DNA of 64,000 nucleotides from Escherichia coli (GTDB lineage Bacteria; Pseudomonadota; Gammaproteobacteria; Enterobacterales; Enterobacteriaceae): NCBI RefSeq assembly GCF_030384885.1, contig NZ_CP128613.1; one strand, 5' to 3'. Shown piece by piece: positions 62,999 to 64,000 of this stretch (position 1 is its first letter; each line of letters starts with the position of its first letter). The notes under the pieces were generated by a model. It saw only the letters and a program-made list of their open reading frames with translations, ran no database searches and was not told where the DNA came from. The position numbers and the translations under genes were made by a program.

Positions 62999-63298
62999 TC
63001 AAACCAGTGCTTTGAGTTCTTCCTGCATGTACGACGAAAAGTATTCTGGGTTTTTAATCACAATACGTTCACCAGACTCCATTTTTTTTGCCCATCCCAC
63101 CATTTTTTCCGTGAATCCAGGATTCCAGCCTTCCTGATCGGCTCGCGCAGTAATATCGGCGGAACTGGCGGGTACACCCAGGTCATGCAAATATTTAAAT
63201 ATTCCCTTCGCCGTACTTTCATTCATAGAACTTGGTGTTGATGCTGATACATCCATGGCACCAATAAAATCCAGAGCTTTATCTATTACTGCAGGCAT
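62999..63298 (-). CDS. yoaC: DUF1889 family protein
   Basis: Track ORF trimmed to Met at MPAVIDKALDFIGAMDVS (99 aa). Confidence 0.83.
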   Translation of the reverse strand: MPAVIDKALDFIGAMDVSASTPSSMNESTAKGIFKYLHDLGVPASSADITARADQEGWNPGFTEKMVGWAKKMESGERIVIKNPEYFSSYMQEELKALV

Positions 63299-63738
63299 AT
63301 TCTTTTCCTTAAAATTAACCATGTGAACAATAAGGCTATATATGACCTTAAATTGCGTCCAATATCAAAGGGATTATAACGATATCTCATTAGTTAACCT
63401 ATTGACATTCAGGTGTTTTAAAGGTAGCAGGTCATAGTCTGTTATGTAGTGATGTACCGCAAATTAACTGTAAGTAGAAACGCTTCAGCCCAGGTTTTCA
63501 AGCAAGAAAGATAGCAAGAAGAAAACCAAAGTAGGCTAATCAGGGAGTTAGCATAATAATTTGATTTTGCTGATTAATATCAATTGTGTATAAATAACAA
63601 CGAATCGATAAAAATGAAGAATAAATGACCTGAAGGGGTATTACACATCTAAAACACTGACCGTTTTATTCAAAGTCGGCCAGTGTTTTCGATAAATTAT
63701 TGTGCGACTTTTGCCGTGACAGAATTCTTTTTCTGAAA

Positions 63739-64000
63739 TTAAACCGCCGCGATAATCTTAATTTCAACCTTGTACTTCGGGTTCATCAAACCCGCTTGTA
63801 CCGTGCAGCGCACCGGCGCATGACCCGCGACAACCCAGGCATCCCACGCTTTATTCATCGCCGCGAAGTCGTTTTTATCAGCCAGGAAAATGGTGGCATC
63901 CAGAATGCTCGATTTATTGCTGCCCTGTTTTTCCAGCACGGCGTCAATCTGCGCCAGCGTGTTGGCGGTTTGCTCAAAGGCATTGGCGTCGAGGTTTTCC
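63739..64000 (-). CDS. yoaB: RidA/YjgF-family protein, C-terminal part; N-terminus beyond window end
   Basis: ORF runs off the window end; C-terminal sequence ...NPKYKVEIKIIAAV recognised as YoaB. Confidence 0.8.
   Translation of the reverse strand, partial: ENLDANAFEQTANTLAQIDAVLEKQGSNKSSILDATIFLADKNDFAAMNKAWDAWVVAGHAPVRCTVQAGLMNPKYKVEIKIIAAV

Overview
This window is a collinear segment of an Escherichia coli-type chromosome, recognised gene by gene from the translations (reverse orientation relative to the K-12 map). Gene order: torZ (3' part) - cmoB - cmoA - yecN - yecE - yecD - aspS - nudB - yebC - ruvC - yebB - [AT-rich two-gene insert] - ruvA - ruvB - znuB - znuC / znuA - mepM - lpxM - pykA - hexR - zwf - edd - eda - purT - yebG - yebF - yebE - ptrB - exoX - yobB - holE - yobA - yebZ - yebY - sdsR/ryeA - pphA - yebW - yebV - rsmF - letB - letA - msrC - proQ - prc - htpX - yebQ - kdgR - yobH - mgrB - yebO - yobF - cspC - rlmA - mntP - yobD - manZ - manY - manX - yoaE - pdeD - sdaA - nudL - pabB - yoaH - [pentapeptide-repeat ORF] - yoaC - yoaB (3' part). 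Almost everything is ordinary core housekeeping sequence. No rRNA, tRNA, CRISPR array, IS element, integrase or prophage gene was seen. Two loci are not explained by the core gene order as I remember it. The main candidate for an undescribed system is a visibly AT-rich two-gene cassette (9413-10859) between yebB and the ruvA SOS box, encoding a signal-peptide protein and a three-helix membrane protein with a Cys-rich loop. The second is a 150-aa pentapeptide-repeat ORF (62457-62909) directly after yoaH. All identifications rest on reading the translations and on memory of E. coli proteins; no database search or computation was run, and non-ORF coordinates were read by hand and may be off by a few bases.
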